A model generated the notes under the pieces. It was not told where the DNA came from and ran no database searches. It saw nothing but the letters and a program-made list of their open reading frames with translations. Positions 10,880 to 20,672 of a stretch of DNA of 64,000 bases are shown one piece after another. Source of the stretch: an uncultured Gemmatimonadales bacterium (lineage in GTDB: Bacteria > Gemmatimonadota > Gemmatimonadetes > Gemmatimonadales > GWC2-71-9); contig CAVUAK010000001.1 in NCBI GenBank assembly GCA_963739455.1, positions 1,952,001 to 2,016,000 of the forward strand, written 5' to 3'. The first letter of the stretch is position 1; every line of letters begins with the position of its first letter. The position numbers and the translations under genes were made by a program.

Positions 10880-11968
10880 ATGAGCAAGTCTTCCTACTCT
10901 GAACCAGACTTCACCCAGGCGCCCTTCGCCGGGGCACCCGAGGCGCGGTTCATGGCGCTTCCCGCGGACGGTGTACTGCCTGAAGGCTTCTTCTCGACGT
11001 CCAACCTTCCGACGTACGTGAACATCGGTGGTCGCTGGCAGATGCCGGTGCGCCCCCGCATGGATTGCGTCATCGCCCGCCGAGCGGATGGACTCGAGAC
11101 CATCGAGCCGCGCCGCCTCCGCAAGGGAGACCTTGTCGCGGTCGGCGAGGCCGAAGATGGCACTGAGGGCATCGTGGTGCACACCGTCGGTTTCCTCGGC
11201 GGCAGCCATTCGGCCAATGAATTCCAGTTCATGGGCACCGAGGTAAGCCGGGAGAAGCCAGTCAACTACGAGGAACTGGCGTTCCAGCTGGAGAAGGAGC
11301 GGCGTGCTGGCGGCTACGTGCTCTGGGTTGCCGGTCCTGCGCTGGTACACTCCCGCGCACGGTCGGACTTCGAGTGGTTCATCCGCAATGGCTACGTCCA
11401 GGCGGCGCTGCTCGGCAATGCCGTCGCGGTGCACGACATGGAAGCAGCCATCTTCGGCACCACGCTGGGGATGAGCAACAAGGGTGTGCCGCAGGACGGT
11501 GGTCACGGGCTCCACATGCGTGCCATCAACAAGGTCCGCGCCGCAGGCTCGATTGCGAATGCGGTGAAGGCCGGCCTGGTCACCAGCGGAATCATGCACA
11601 CGCTGGAGACCTGCGGCGTGCCGTATGTGCTCGCCGGTTCGATCCGCGACGATGGCCCGCTGCCCGGCGTCTACAGCGACACGCTGCTGGCCCAGGAAGC
11701 GATGCGCGAGCACACGGTGCTCGCCACCGGTGCGGTATTCATCGCCACGGCGCTGCACGCCATCGCCGTCGGGAACATGCTGCCTGCCTTCCATACCCGG
11801 CGAGGTCCGCCGGAGCCGCTCATGACGATTTGCGTGGACCAGACGGAGTTTGTCGTCAACAAGCTGAAGGATCGCGGCACGCACCAGGCGTTTGGCGTGG
11901 TCACCAACGCGCAGGATTTCATGCACGTGCTGAGGTTCTACGTCGAGCAGGCCCGGGGCGCCGCATGA
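10880..11968 (+). CDS. TIGR00300 / LOR-SDH family protein (ArgZ/AgrE C-terminal-like, putative ornithine cyclodeaminase)
   Basis: DGVLPEGFFSTSNLPT, F.FM..EVS.EKP, GNAVAVHDME, LAGSIRDDGPLP, LHAIAVGNMLP, KLKDRG. Confidence 0.85.
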   Translation: MSKSSYSEPDFTQAPFAGAPEARFMALPADGVLPEGFFSTSNLPTYVNIGGRWQMPVRPRMDCVIARRADGLETIEPRRLRKGDLVAVGEAEDGTEGIVVHTVGFLGGSHSANEFQFMGTEVSREKPVNYEELAFQLEKERRAGGYVLWVAGPALVHSRARSDFEWFIRNGYVQAALLGNAVAVHDMEAAIFGTTLGMSNKGVPQDGGHGLHMRAINKVRAAGSIANAVKAGLVTSGIMHTLETCGVPYVLAGSIRDDGPLPGVYSDTLLAQEAMREHTVLATGAVFIATALHAIAVGNMLPAFHTRRGPPEPLMTICVDQTEFVVNKLKDRGTHQAFGVVTNAQDFMHVLRFYVEQARGAA

Positions 11969-12351
11969 CTGCCCCTCTCCGCACGACCTGGCGCGGTGGC
12001 TGGACGAGGCTCGCCGAGGCCGCGCTGGCGGTGCTGCCGGTCGATGCGGTTGAGGGGATCTGGCAATTCCAGCCGATCCGCCTCGAGCGTCGCGAACTGG
12101 GCACTGCCATCCTCGCCCTCCGGGATGGTGAGCGGCGCCGCATCTGGACGGCGCGCTATGCCCTTACCATCCGTGGGCGCGAGCGCGGCGCGTTCGAGCA
12201 CTCGCTCGAGGAGGTTGGTAGCGGGCCGGTCGAGGCGCTGGAGGAACTCCTCGTCAATGTGCGCCGCCGGCTGGGCGAGGATGACGCACCAATACCGGTG
12301 TCCATAGACCAGTGGCGCGAGGCAGCGCTCGATGGCGCACCTCAGCCGTGA
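11965..12351 (+). CDS. Hypothetical protein
   Basis: ATGA overlap; MTAPLRTTW...; fills the gap to fur. Confidence 0.7.
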   Translation: MTAPLRTTWRGGWTRLAEAALAVLPVDAVEGIWQFQPIRLERRELGTAILALRDGERRRIWTARYALTIRGRERGAFEHSLEEVGSGPVEALEELLVNVRRRLGEDDAPIPVSIDQWREAALDGAPQP

Positions 12352-12808
12352 GGAGGCGGCCGGCCTCCTCGAACGCTTTCACCGGCACCTCCGCGACCAC
12401 CGCCTTCCCATCACGCCCCAGCGAACGCTGATCGCCAGGGTGCTCTTCGAGTCTGACGAGCACCTGTCGGTCGAGGCCATCGAGCGCCGCCTCAAGCAGG
12501 CGGGCGCGCGGGTCGGCACGGCGACGGTCTATCGCACCCTGGATACGCTGGTCGAGAGCGGACTGCTCCGCACCCACGATTTTGGCGAGGGCTTCCGCCG
12601 CTACGAGCCCGTGGCATCGTCCCAGCAGCATGAGCACCTCGTCTGCCTCCGGTGCGGTACCGTGCAGGAATTCCAGAATGACCGTCTCGAGCGGATGCTT
12701 CCCGTCATCGCCGATGAGTTCCATTTCCAGCACCAGCGCCACCGTATCGAGATCTACGGTCTTTGCCGGGACTGCCGGCAGCGCGACCTCGGCGGACTGC
12801 TCGGATGA
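12332..12808 (+). CDS. Fur-family transcriptional regulator
   Basis: TPQR, ATVYRTL, HEHLVCxxC, YGLCxxC. Confidence 0.93.
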   Translation: MAHLSREEAAGLLERFHRHLRDHRLPITPQRTLIARVLFESDEHLSVEAIERRLKQAGARVGTATVYRTLDTLVESGLLRTHDFGEGFRRYEPVASSQQHEHLVCLRCGTVQEFQNDRLERMLPVIADEFHFQHQRHRIEIYGLCRDCRQRDLGGLLG

Positions 12809-13533
12809 GTGAGACGGCAGGCCTCGGCCTGTTCGTGGCCTTTGCCGCGGGGCTGCTGAGCTTCCTCTCTCCCTGCGTGCTCCCGCTGGTGCCGAGCTAC
12901 GTGGGATTCCTCACCGGCATGACAGTTCCGGAGCTTGGTGCGCGACGCCGCCTCGCATTGCTGCATGCGCTCTGCTTCGTTGCCGGCTTCTCGCTCATCT
13001 TCATCCTGCTCGGCGCCAGTGCTACCGCGCTTGGTCGCGCGCTCCGCTACTACCAGGTATGGCTGACGCGGGCCGGCGGCCTGCTTATCATCGCGTTCGG
13101 GTTCTACTGTCTCGGGATACTCAAGCTCAATGCGTTGCAGATGGAGCGTCGCATTCAGTTGCAGGACAAGCCGGTGGGTTTCCTGGGATCGGTACTGGTC
13201 GGGATGGCGTTCGGTGCCGGCTGGACTCCCTGCATCGGCCCGATCCTGGGTGGGATCCTCGGACTGGCCACGGTGGAACAGGATGTGGGGCGTGGCATGC
13301 TCCTGCTCGGTGCCTACTCGGCGGGCCTTGCGGTGCCGTTCCTGCTCGCAGCGCTCGCCGTGGAGTCATTCCTTGACTGGTTCCAGCGCTTCCGGAAGTA
13401 CCTGCCGTGGGTGATGCGGATCAGTGGGGTGCTGCTGATTGCGGTGGGAGTACTGATGGTCACGGGGGAATTCACGCGGCTCGCGGGATGGCTGCAGGCC
13501 CTCACGCCGGGGTTCCTGAAAAGCCGCATCTAG
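12805..13533 (+). CDS. ccdA: CcdA/DsbD transmembrane disulfide-interchange protein
   Basis: SFLSPCVLPLVP and GWTPCIGP. Confidence 0.9.
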   Translation: MSETAGLGLFVAFAAGLLSFLSPCVLPLVPSYVGFLTGMTVPELGARRRLALLHALCFVAGFSLIFILLGASATALGRALRYYQVWLTRAGGLLIIAFGFYCLGILKLNALQMERRIQLQDKPVGFLGSVLVGMAFGAGWTPCIGPILGGILGLATVEQDVGRGMLLLGAYSAGLAVPFLLAALAVESFLDWFQRFRKYLPWVMRISGVLLIAVGVLMVTGEFTRLAGWLQALTPGFLKSRI

Positions 13534-13649
13534 CCCTTCATTGTCCCGAACTGAAACCCTGTCCGAAAGCTGTGGGTTGCGCCGCAAATCGGGCCGCCGC
13601 ATAGTGGAACTGGCACTATTGCAGTTCACCCTCTTCGGTCGGAGGGTAC

Positions 13650-14087
13650 GTGCGGTTTCGAGGGTTGGAGGTCGCCCTGCTTGCGTCGCTCGCAGCCTGC
13701 GGCGGTGATCCGGTGGCAATGCTGCAGTCGAACATCGTCGCCATCAACATTTACGATTTCTACTACTCGCCTGCCGGCACCACGGTTCGCGCTGGCACCG
13801 AGGTGCACTGGGTCAACAACGGACCCTCCGCTCACACCACGACCAGCGACACCGGAATATGGGATAGCGGATCCCTGGCAGCGCCCACCTCGGGCGGGGG
13901 CGGGACTGGAACGCCACCGCCCGGCACTCCCCCTCCGACAAATCCCTATCCAAACGGCATGCTGCTGTCCGAAGGGGGAACCTTTTCAACCACCTTCAGC
14001 ACACCAGGTGTCTACGGCTTCCATTGCTCGCTGCACCCTCCTGCCACCAAGCCAGGCTTCGTGGGCACGGTAACTGTCACGGAGTGA
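13650..14087 (+). CDS. Cupredoxin (plastocyanin-like) lipoprotein
   Basis: LAAC lipobox; WVN...HTTT; FHCSLHP; Pro-rich insert. Confidence 0.8.
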   Translation: MRFRGLEVALLASLAACGGDPVAMLQSNIVAINIYDFYYSPAGTTVRAGTEVHWVNNGPSAHTTTSDTGIWDSGSLAAPTSGGGGTGTPPPGTPPPTNPYPNGMLLSEGGTFSTTFSTPGVYGFHCSLHPPATKPGFVGTVTVTE

Positions 14088-14108
14088 CGCGCCGGCGGCT
14101 GGTGCCGC

Positions 14109-15860
14109 CTACACGGTCAATTCCAGCTCCTCCTCAGCCTCCTGGCGACGAAGCAGTTCCCAGTAGCGCCCTCGTGCCGCGATGAGCACCGGGTGCGTGC
14201 CCCGCTCAACCACGCGTCCCTCGTCCAGTACGATGATCTCGTCGGCATCGCGGACCGCAGCCAGGCGGTGTGAGATGACGATCGTCGTGCGCCCCAGCAG
14301 GGCACCGCGCAGCGCCTGCAGGATCTTCGCCTCCGTGTTGGCGTCCACTGCGCTCAACGCATCGTCGAGCACGAAGATCGGGGGGTCCTGCGCCAGAGCG
14401 CGCGCGATCGCCGCCCTCTGCTTCTGGCCGCCGGAGAGGTTGATGCCCCGTTCACCCAGCATCGTGTCGTAGCCTCGCGGCAGCTCGGGGATGGCGGCCG
14501 AGAGCTGCGACACCTCCCCCACGCGCTCGAGCCGACCGTCATCGGGTGCGCCCAGCAGCACGTTGTGGCGCAGCGTGTCGCTGAACAGGAATGTCTCCTG
14601 CGGCACGATGCCGAGTGCGCGCCGCAGCTCGGGCAGCACCAATTCGTCGAGAGGAACGCCGTCAATGAGGACACGACCCCGCGCGGGGTCATAGGCCCGT
14701 GACAGGAGTTCGGCGACCGTGGACTTGCCAGCACCAGTTGCACCCACGATGGCGAGGGACTGCCCCGCTGCGACGTGGAAGGAGACGTCGGACAGCGCCC
14801 AGCCACGATCCTGCGCTGCCGGATAGCGGAACCACACCTGCTCGAAGGTGACGCTTCGCGCGCCCGGTGTCGACGGAAGTGCAGTGGGGTTCTTCGCCGA
14901 GGTAATCAGCGGCTTCTCGCGCATGATCTCACCGATGCGCTGCATGGCCGCGGTGGCGCGTTGCACCAGGTTTACGGCCCAGCCAAGCGCAATCAGGGGC
15001 CACACGAGCATCGCGAGGTACACGCCGAACGCGACGAAGGCGCCAGCCGTGACGGTGCCGTCGATGACCAGCTGGCCACCCAGCAACAGCACCACTACGG
15101 TGCCGAGCCCGCCCAGCAGTGCCAGGAGCGGGTGGAAGGCGCCCTGCGCGTAGGCCAGTGAGAGGTTCCGGTCGAGGTATTCGTCGTTGAGCCTCGCGAA
15201 TGCCGTCGTCTCCGCGCGCTCCTGCCGGTACGCGCGCACCACGCGCACCCCGGAAATGTGCTCGTGCACGTGTGACGTGATGACGCCGAAGAACGTCTGG
15301 ATCGCGAGCGACCGGTTGTGGATCATGCGGCCGAGGAAGATCATGACCAGCGGGAGGCCGAGCATCGGCAGCAGGGCCAGGAGGGTCAGGCGCGCGCTGA
15401 TGTGCGCCATCGCGGGTATGACCAGCATGGCCCGCATGGTGGTGTCCACCAGGTACATCAGGGCCGGACCAGCGACCATGCGGAGCGACGTCAGGTCGTT
15501 CGTGGCGCGCGCCATGACGTCGCCGGTCGGGTGGCGGTCATAGAAGCCGGCGTCCTGCCGGAGCAGGTGGGCGAACAGGTCGTCCCGCATGTCGGTTTCG
15601 ACCCGCCGGCTGCCGCTGTTGAGGCATTCGCGCATGCCATAGCGCGCGGCGCCGCCCACCACGGCGACGATGACCATGAGCGACACGCTCCAGGCCACCG
15701 CCCGCAGGGGGGCCGACCGGGTCAGCTCATCGATGGCGCGCTCGAGGAAGCGCGGACCCAGCGTCGTGAGGATGTTCGAAAGCACGACGAACAGCAGCCC
15801 GAAGAGGTAGGTGCTGCGGTAGCGCCGCATGTAGGGCAGGAGGCTTCGTAGCTCACGCAT
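14109..15860 (-). CDS. ABC exporter, fused permease/ATPase (MdlA-like)
   Basis: TM domain, GATGAGKS, LSGGQKQR, LDDALSAVD. Confidence 0.93.
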   Translation of the reverse strand: MRELRSLLPYMRRYRSTYLFGLLFVVLSNILTTLGPRFLERAIDELTRSAPLRAVAWSVSLMVIVAVVGGAARYGMRECLNSGSRRVETDMRDDLFAHLLRQDAGFYDRHPTGDVMARATNDLTSLRMVAGPALMYLVDTTMRAMLVIPAMAHISARLTLLALLPMLGLPLVMIFLGRMIHNRSLAIQTFFGVITSHVHEHISGVRVVRAYRQERAETTAFARLNDEYLDRNLSLAYAQGAFHPLLALLGGLGTVVVLLLGGQLVIDGTVTAGAFVAFGVYLAMLVWPLIALGWAVNLVQRATAAMQRIGEIMREKPLITSAKNPTALPSTPGARSVTFEQVWFRYPAAQDRGWALSDVSFHVAAGQSLAIVGATGAGKSTVAELLSRAYDPARGRVLIDGVPLDELVLPELRRALGIVPQETFLFSDTLRHNVLLGAPDDGRLERVGEVSQLSAAIPELPRGYDTMLGERGINLSGGQKQRAAIARALAQDPPIFVLDDALSAVDANTEAKILQALRGALLGRTTIVISHRLAAVRDADEIIVLDEGRVVERGTHPVLIAARGRYWELLRRQEAEEELELTV

Positions 15861-15918
15861 GTCGATGTAGAATGTCAGGGAACTCAATGCCGGCAGCAAG
15901 TACCATGGGGAGAGAAAC

Positions 15919-16758
15919 GTGAGACAGCATCATTTCGTGGCGGCAGCGGCAACGATCCTGCTCCTGGCCTGTGGCAGGGGCGAACAGAAGGCCGTAGCCG
16001 TCGCCGACACCGCCGGCGCGCGACCTCCAGCTCGCGCCGGTCGACACGACGGCGGCGCTCTCCGATGTGCCGCGCGACCCGGGGACAGCGCGGCGGCAAT
16101 GCCGTCCGCGGCCGCTCCCGAGACGGTCGTAGTCTACCGGGACGCGCCGCCGCCGGCGGCCAAGCCGAAGCCGAGGCCAGTCCGCGCGCAGCGACCGGGG
16201 CGGCGTCCCCGGCGCCGGCGGTCGCAGCGCCAGCACCCAGGCGTGAGCTGGCCGAGGGTACCACGCATCGAGACGACCAATGTCGACTCGATCTCGTCCA
16301 AGTTCGACAGTGCCGGCCATCGCGTGAAGGTGCGAGTCATCAGCGCCGTCAAGGATGCGGCGGGGAACACTGTCATCCCGGCCGGTTCGATCGTGACGCT
16401 GAAGATCGAGGCGATCAAGTGGTCGGAGAACAAGAACGACAAGGGCACGCTCCGGATGTCCACGCAGAATGTGCTGATTGACGGCGCCAAGTATCCACTC
16501 GTGGGCTCGGTGAGCACGCCAGCGTTTACCTACAAGCATCGCGGCAGTTCGTTGGGTGACGCGGCGAAGGTGGCTGGCGGCGCGGGCGCCGGTGCGCTCG
16601 TGGGCGGCCTGATCGGGAAGGGCACTGGTGCCGTGATCGGCGGCGTGGTTGGAGGTGCTGTCGGCGCTCAGCGCATGACGCAGACCAAGGACAACGACAT
16701 CTTCGTGGCGCCAGGTACGCCGATCACGATCACGGTCAGCGAGTTGTTCACTCGCTGA
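15919..16758 (+). CDS. Putative lipoprotein with glycine-zipper region (middle likely has compensating frameshifts)
   Basis: LLAC lipobox; GGAGAGALVGGLIG...GGVVGGAVG near the C-terminus. Confidence 0.65.
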   Translation: MRQHHFVAAAATILLLACGRGEQKAVAVADTAGARPPARAGRHDGGALRCAARPGDSAAAMPSAAAPETVVVYRDAPPPAAKPKPRPVRAQRPGRRPRRRRSQRQHPGVSWPRVPRIETTNVDSISSKFDSAGHRVKVRVISAVKDAAGNTVIPAGSIVTLKIEAIKWSENKNDKGTLRMSTQNVLIDGAKYPLVGSVSTPAFTYKHRGSSLGDAAKVAGGAGAGALVGGLIGKGTGAVIGGVVGGAVGAQRMTQTKDNDIFVAPGTPITITVSELFTR

Positions 16759-16775
16759 CCAGCGCGGGAGGAGGA

Positions 16776-18539
16776 TCAGTACCCCGCCGTCCCTCCCCCC
16801 GATCTTGGATCGCTCACGCCGATCCATCCCCCTTCGATCGGCGCGACCGCCTCGACGTCCCCTCCCGGCTGCGATTCCCTGATTTCATAGCCCATGGCAC
16901 GTAGCGAGTCGAGTACCTCGGGTGCAAAGCCCCCGCGGTCGACGCGCACGGCGTCCGGCAGCGCCTGATGATGAATCCGCGGTGCGGCCACCGCGTTTCG
17001 CAGGCTCATGTCGTGGTCGATCACGTTGCTCACCACTTGCAGCACCTGCGTAATGATGGTGGCGCCGCCGCGCGAGCCCACCACGAGCCGCAGCGTGCTG
17101 TCCGGCCCGAGAACGATTGTCGGCGACATGCTGGAAAGGGGCCGCTTGAGAGGTGCGATGGCGTTCACGTCGCCCTGGATCAATCCCCAGCTGTTGGGCC
17201 GGCCCGGAGCGACAGTGAAATCATCCATGATGTCATTCAGCAAGACGCCGGTGCCCGGAACAGTCACCCCGCATCCGTAGAGGTCGTTGAGCGTGTAGGT
17301 ATTGGCGACCGCGTTCCCGTCGACGTCGACGATCGAGATGTGCGTGGTGGAGCCGGTGCCGGCACCGGCCTGTCCCTCGATCGTCGGTGTAGCCTGGCCG
17401 GGCTTGATGGTGCGCCGGAGTGAATCGGCGAGTGCGGTGGAAAGGAGCCACTCCTGCGGTACCGTCACGAAGTCCGGATCGCCGATGGCAGAATTCCTCA
17501 GGACAAAGGCACGGCGCATCGCCTCGATCTCGATCTGCAGCAGGGCAGCGGACCCGAAGGGCGGCAGGGCAGGCCAGGTGCTGAAGAGGTTGAGCGCGAT
17601 GCCCATTGCCAGTCCGCTCGAGGACGGCGGCGGGGCAGCGTAGATGGTGTGTCCCCGGTAGCGCAGCGTGATCGGCTCACGCCAGTGCACCTTGTAGGCG
17701 TCAAGGTCGGCCTGGCGGATCAGCCCTCCGTTGCGCGCCATGTCGGCCACGAGCGAGTCTGCGACCCAGCCCCGGTAGAAGCCATCGGCGCCATGATCGC
17801 GGATCGCCTCGAGGGTGCGCGCGAGGTCCGGCTGCACCAGCACGGTCCCCTGGGCTGGCACCCGGCCACCGGGGAGGTAGATCGCCGCCGAGGCCGGGAA
17901 CCTGGCGAGCTTGGTGCTGTCATTGCGGATGCGCGCGCTGCGGATCGAGTCGAGCACGAACCCGTTTCGCGCCAGGACGATGGCGGGGTTCACCACATCC
18001 GCAAACGACAGTTTTCCAAATCGCCGCTGCGCCTCGACCAGGCCCATGACGGTCCCGGGCGTTGCCGGTGCCAGGTAGCCGACCTGACTCTTGTCTGTAG
18101 CCTTGCCGTCGGCGTCGAGGTACATGTCACGGGTCGAGCCGAGCGGAGCCTGTTCCCTGTAGTCGAGGAAGTAGACCGAACCATTCGCCAGGCGGATCAG
18201 CATGAATCCGCCTCCGCCCAGGTTGCCGGCTTCCGGGTCCACCACTGCCATGGCGAACCCGACCGCCACTGCTGCATCCACTGCATTGCCGCCTCGCCGC
18301 AATACCTCCCGGCCAGCGACGCTCGCGATGTCATTCCCCGACGTCACCATGGCGTGGGGGCCGCGTTCCGAGCGAGTGGCAGCTGGGTACTTCCATGAAT
18401 CCGGGAACGTTACGGCGGGGACCGACGTTGCCCGCGCCCCGCTGGTGCTCGCCTCGGAGCGAGGTGGGGGGGCGGTCGGCGCCGGGGGCGTACATCCGGC
18501 GAGGACGAGCGACAGGGCGATGGTGCGCAGTCGAGTCAC
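16776..18539 (-). CDS. ggt: Gamma-glutamyltransferase (lipoprotein)
   Basis: LAGC, GGNAVDAAVA, GGGGFM, TTHISIVD, RPLSSMSP. Confidence 0.95.
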   Translation of the reverse strand: MTRLRTIALSLVLAGCTPPAPTAPPPRSEASTSGARATSVPAVTFPDSWKYPAATRSERGPHAMVTSGNDIASVAGREVLRRGGNAVDAAVAVGFAMAVVDPEAGNLGGGGFMLIRLANGSVYFLDYREQAPLGSTRDMYLDADGKATDKSQVGYLAPATPGTVMGLVEAQRRFGKLSFADVVNPAIVLARNGFVLDSIRSARIRNDSTKLARFPASAAIYLPGGRVPAQGTVLVQPDLARTLEAIRDHGADGFYRGWVADSLVADMARNGGLIRQADLDAYKVHWREPITLRYRGHTIYAAPPPSSSGLAMGIALNLFSTWPALPPFGSAALLQIEIEAMRRAFVLRNSAIGDPDFVTVPQEWLLSTALADSLRRTIKPGQATPTIEGQAGAGTGSTTHISIVDVDGNAVANTYTLNDLYGCGVTVPGTGVLLNDIMDDFTVAPGRPNSWGLIQGDVNAIAPLKRPLSSMSPTIVLGPDSTLRLVVGSRGGATIITQVLQVVSNVIDHDMSLRNAVAAPRIHHQALPDAVRVDRGGFAPEVLDSLRAMGYEIRESQPGGDVEAVAPIEGGWIGVSDPRSGGGTAGY

Positions 18540-18642
18540 GGGGGCTCTACCGATGATGTGAAGGGACCCATGGTTGCCCGCGGCATCGGGCGGGGTCTAA
18601 TTTAGCCGCACGGAGCCTTCTGCCCACCCGTACCCCCAGCCC

Positions 18643-19566
18643 ATGTCCGAGCACTTCATCGATCCCCGCCTCACCGAGCGTCGCAACCCGAATACGCGCG
18701 ACATTGACGTGGCGTCATCGATCGAGCTCGTGGACCTGATCGCGCGCGAGGATGCCGGGGTGTCGGGCGCCGTGTCGCTCGCCCGGGAGGCGGTGTCGCA
18801 GGCGATTGACCTGGTGGAGGTCGCGTTCCGGACCGGCGGCCGGCTCCTGTATGTTGGCGCCGGGACCAGCGGGCGCCTTGGTGTGCTCGATGCGGCAGAA
18901 TGTCCCCCGACGTTCGGGACGCCACCGGAGATGGTAGTCGGGATCATAGCGGGCGGCGCCAGCGCGCTGGTCAAGGCGGTGGAGGGCGCGGAGGATGACG
19001 TCAACGCCGGCATTGCGGCGATGGACGACCACCACGTTCGCGAGCACGACGTGGTCATCGGGATCGCTGCCAGCGCCACGACGCCCTACGTGCGCGCCGC
19101 CCTGGGGCGGGCCCAGGCGCTCGGGGCGCGCACCGGTCTTGTCGCCTGCGCCGAACCGCCGGCCCTGCTCCGAAGCACATGCGACGTCTGCATCGTCGTA
19201 CTGGTGGGGCCGGAGGTGATTACCGGCTCCACCCGGATGAAGGCGGGCACCGCCACGAAGCTGGTGCTCAATACGATCACCACCGGTGCGATGATCCGGC
19301 TTGGCAAGACCTATGGCAACCTCATGGTCGACCTGCGCGCCTCGAACGCAAAGCTTGAAGACAGGAGCCACCGCATCGTGATGGAAACAACGGGACTGGC
19401 ACGAGATGCCGCCGCGCAGGTGCTCGAGCGCGCCGAGGGTCGGGTGAAGCTGGCGATCGTGATGGCACGCCGCGGGGTGGATCGTGAGGAGGCCGAGGCA
19501 TTGCTGGCGATGCACTCGGGCAGGCTCCGGGCCATCGTCGGCGATCCACCGCCGGTGCCTTCATGA
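18643..19566 (+). CDS. murQ: N-acetylmuramic acid 6-phosphate etherase
   Basis: TERRNP, GAGTSGRLG.LDAAECPPTFG, GSTRMKAGTATK. Confidence 0.96.
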   Translation: MSEHFIDPRLTERRNPNTRDIDVASSIELVDLIAREDAGVSGAVSLAREAVSQAIDLVEVAFRTGGRLLYVGAGTSGRLGVLDAAECPPTFGTPPEMVVGIIAGGASALVKAVEGAEDDVNAGIAAMDDHHVREHDVVIGIAASATTPYVRAALGRAQALGARTGLVACAEPPALLRSTCDVCIVVLVGPEVITGSTRMKAGTATKLVLNTITTGAMIRLGKTYGNLMVDLRASNAKLEDRSHRIVMETTGLARDAAAQVLERAEGRVKLAIVMARRGVDREEAEALLAMHSGRLRAIVGDPPPVPS

Positions 19567-20672
19567 CTGAGCGCCCGGCAATCGGGATCGGTCTCATGTC
19601 GGGCACGTCGCTCGACGGCATGGACGCGGCGCTGGTGCGCTTCCACGGACCAACGCACGCTGAGCTCATTTCTTTCGTTACCCGCTCCTACAGCGCTGGC
19701 GAGCGCGCGTCGATCCAGCGGGGCCTGGATGGGGCGAACGCCGCCGAGCTTGCGCGGCTGCATGCGGCTATCGGGGAGTGGGCCGCCGACGCGGTGGAGC
19801 AGGTACTGGCCGCCGCGCATGCGCCCGCATCTGCCGTCGATTTCATCGCCATGCACGGCCAGACGGTGTGGCACGAGCCGCCGCTCGTGAGCTGGCAACT
19901 GGGTGAACCCGCGGTGCTCGCCGAGCGATTCGGCCGGCCCGTTGTCAGCAACTTCCGCTCGCGGGACGTGGCGGCGGGAGGGCAGGGAGCGCCGCTCGTC
20001 CCGGCAGCTGACGTCCTGCTGTTCGGTGCCACCGACGGACCGCGCGTGCTGCTCAACATCGGCGGCATGGCGAATGTCACCTTCGTCGCTCGCCGCGCGA
20101 TCGACGATGGCGCCATGGCCTTCGACACCGGACCGGGAGTGGTGCTGGTGGACGCGCTGGCCCGCCTTGTCGACCCGTCGCTGCCCTATGACCGAGACGG
20201 CGCCCTGGCGGCTCGCGGCACGGTGAACGAGGCCGAGGTGACGCGCCTCCTCGCCGATGAATTCTTCAGCCAGGCGCCACCGCGCAGCACGGGCCGCGAG
20301 CATTTCGGTGACGCCATGGCCCGCGAGATCCATCGCCGTGTGCCCGGCGCCGATGGCGTGGCTACGGCGGTGGCCCTTACGGCGCGGTCGATCGCGCGCG
20401 CGATCCATGACTGGGTGCCCGGGGCACCCGAGGTCGTCGTATCCGGCGGCGGGGCGCGGCATCCGGTGCTCTTCGAATCGCTCGCACAGGCGCTGGCGAC
20501 ACAGGGCCGCCGGCTCCGCCGCTTTGATGACCTCTTCTTCAGCGGCGACGCCAAGGAGGCGGTGGCCTTCGCCCTCCTCGGCTACCTCACGCTGCACGGG
20601 CAGCCTGCAAGCCTTCCTTCGTGTACCGGCGCCCGCGGCGCTCGCGTGCTCGGGAGCATCACGCCAGGATGA
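19563..20672 (+). CDS. anmK: Anhydro-N-acetylmuramic acid kinase
   Basis: GLMSGTSLDG, HGQTVWH, GGQGAPLVP, NIGG, FDTGPG, STGRE.F. Confidence 0.95.
   Translation: MTERPAIGIGLMSGTSLDGMDAALVRFHGPTHAELISFVTRSYSAGERASIQRGLDGANAAELARLHAAIGEWAADAVEQVLAAAHAPASAVDFIAMHGQTVWHEPPLVSWQLGEPAVLAERFGRPVVSNFRSRDVAAGGQGAPLVPAADVLLFGATDGPRVLLNIGGMANVTFVARRAIDDGAMAFDTGPGVVLVDALARLVDPSLPYDRDGALAARGTVNEAEVTRLLADEFFSQAPPRSTGREHFGDAMAREIHRRVPGADGVATAVALTARSIARAIHDWVPGAPEVVVSGGGARHPVLFESLAQALATQGRRLRRFDDLFFSGDAKEAVAFALLGYLTLHGQPASLPSCTGARGARVLGSITPG

Noticed and set aside
10781..11926. N-terminal extension of the 1104-aa minus-strand ORF
   Set aside because: Antisense shadow of the TIGR00300 gene; the receptor signal peptide begins at 10780
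13552..13600. c-di-GMP-I riboswitch-like AAACCC..GAAA..GGG..GCAAA
   Set aside because: The inner stem does not pair and spacing is off; would need a cmsearch hit
13611..13622. Sigma54 promoter TGGCAC..TTGC
   Set aside because: Spacer is 2 nt rather than the required 5
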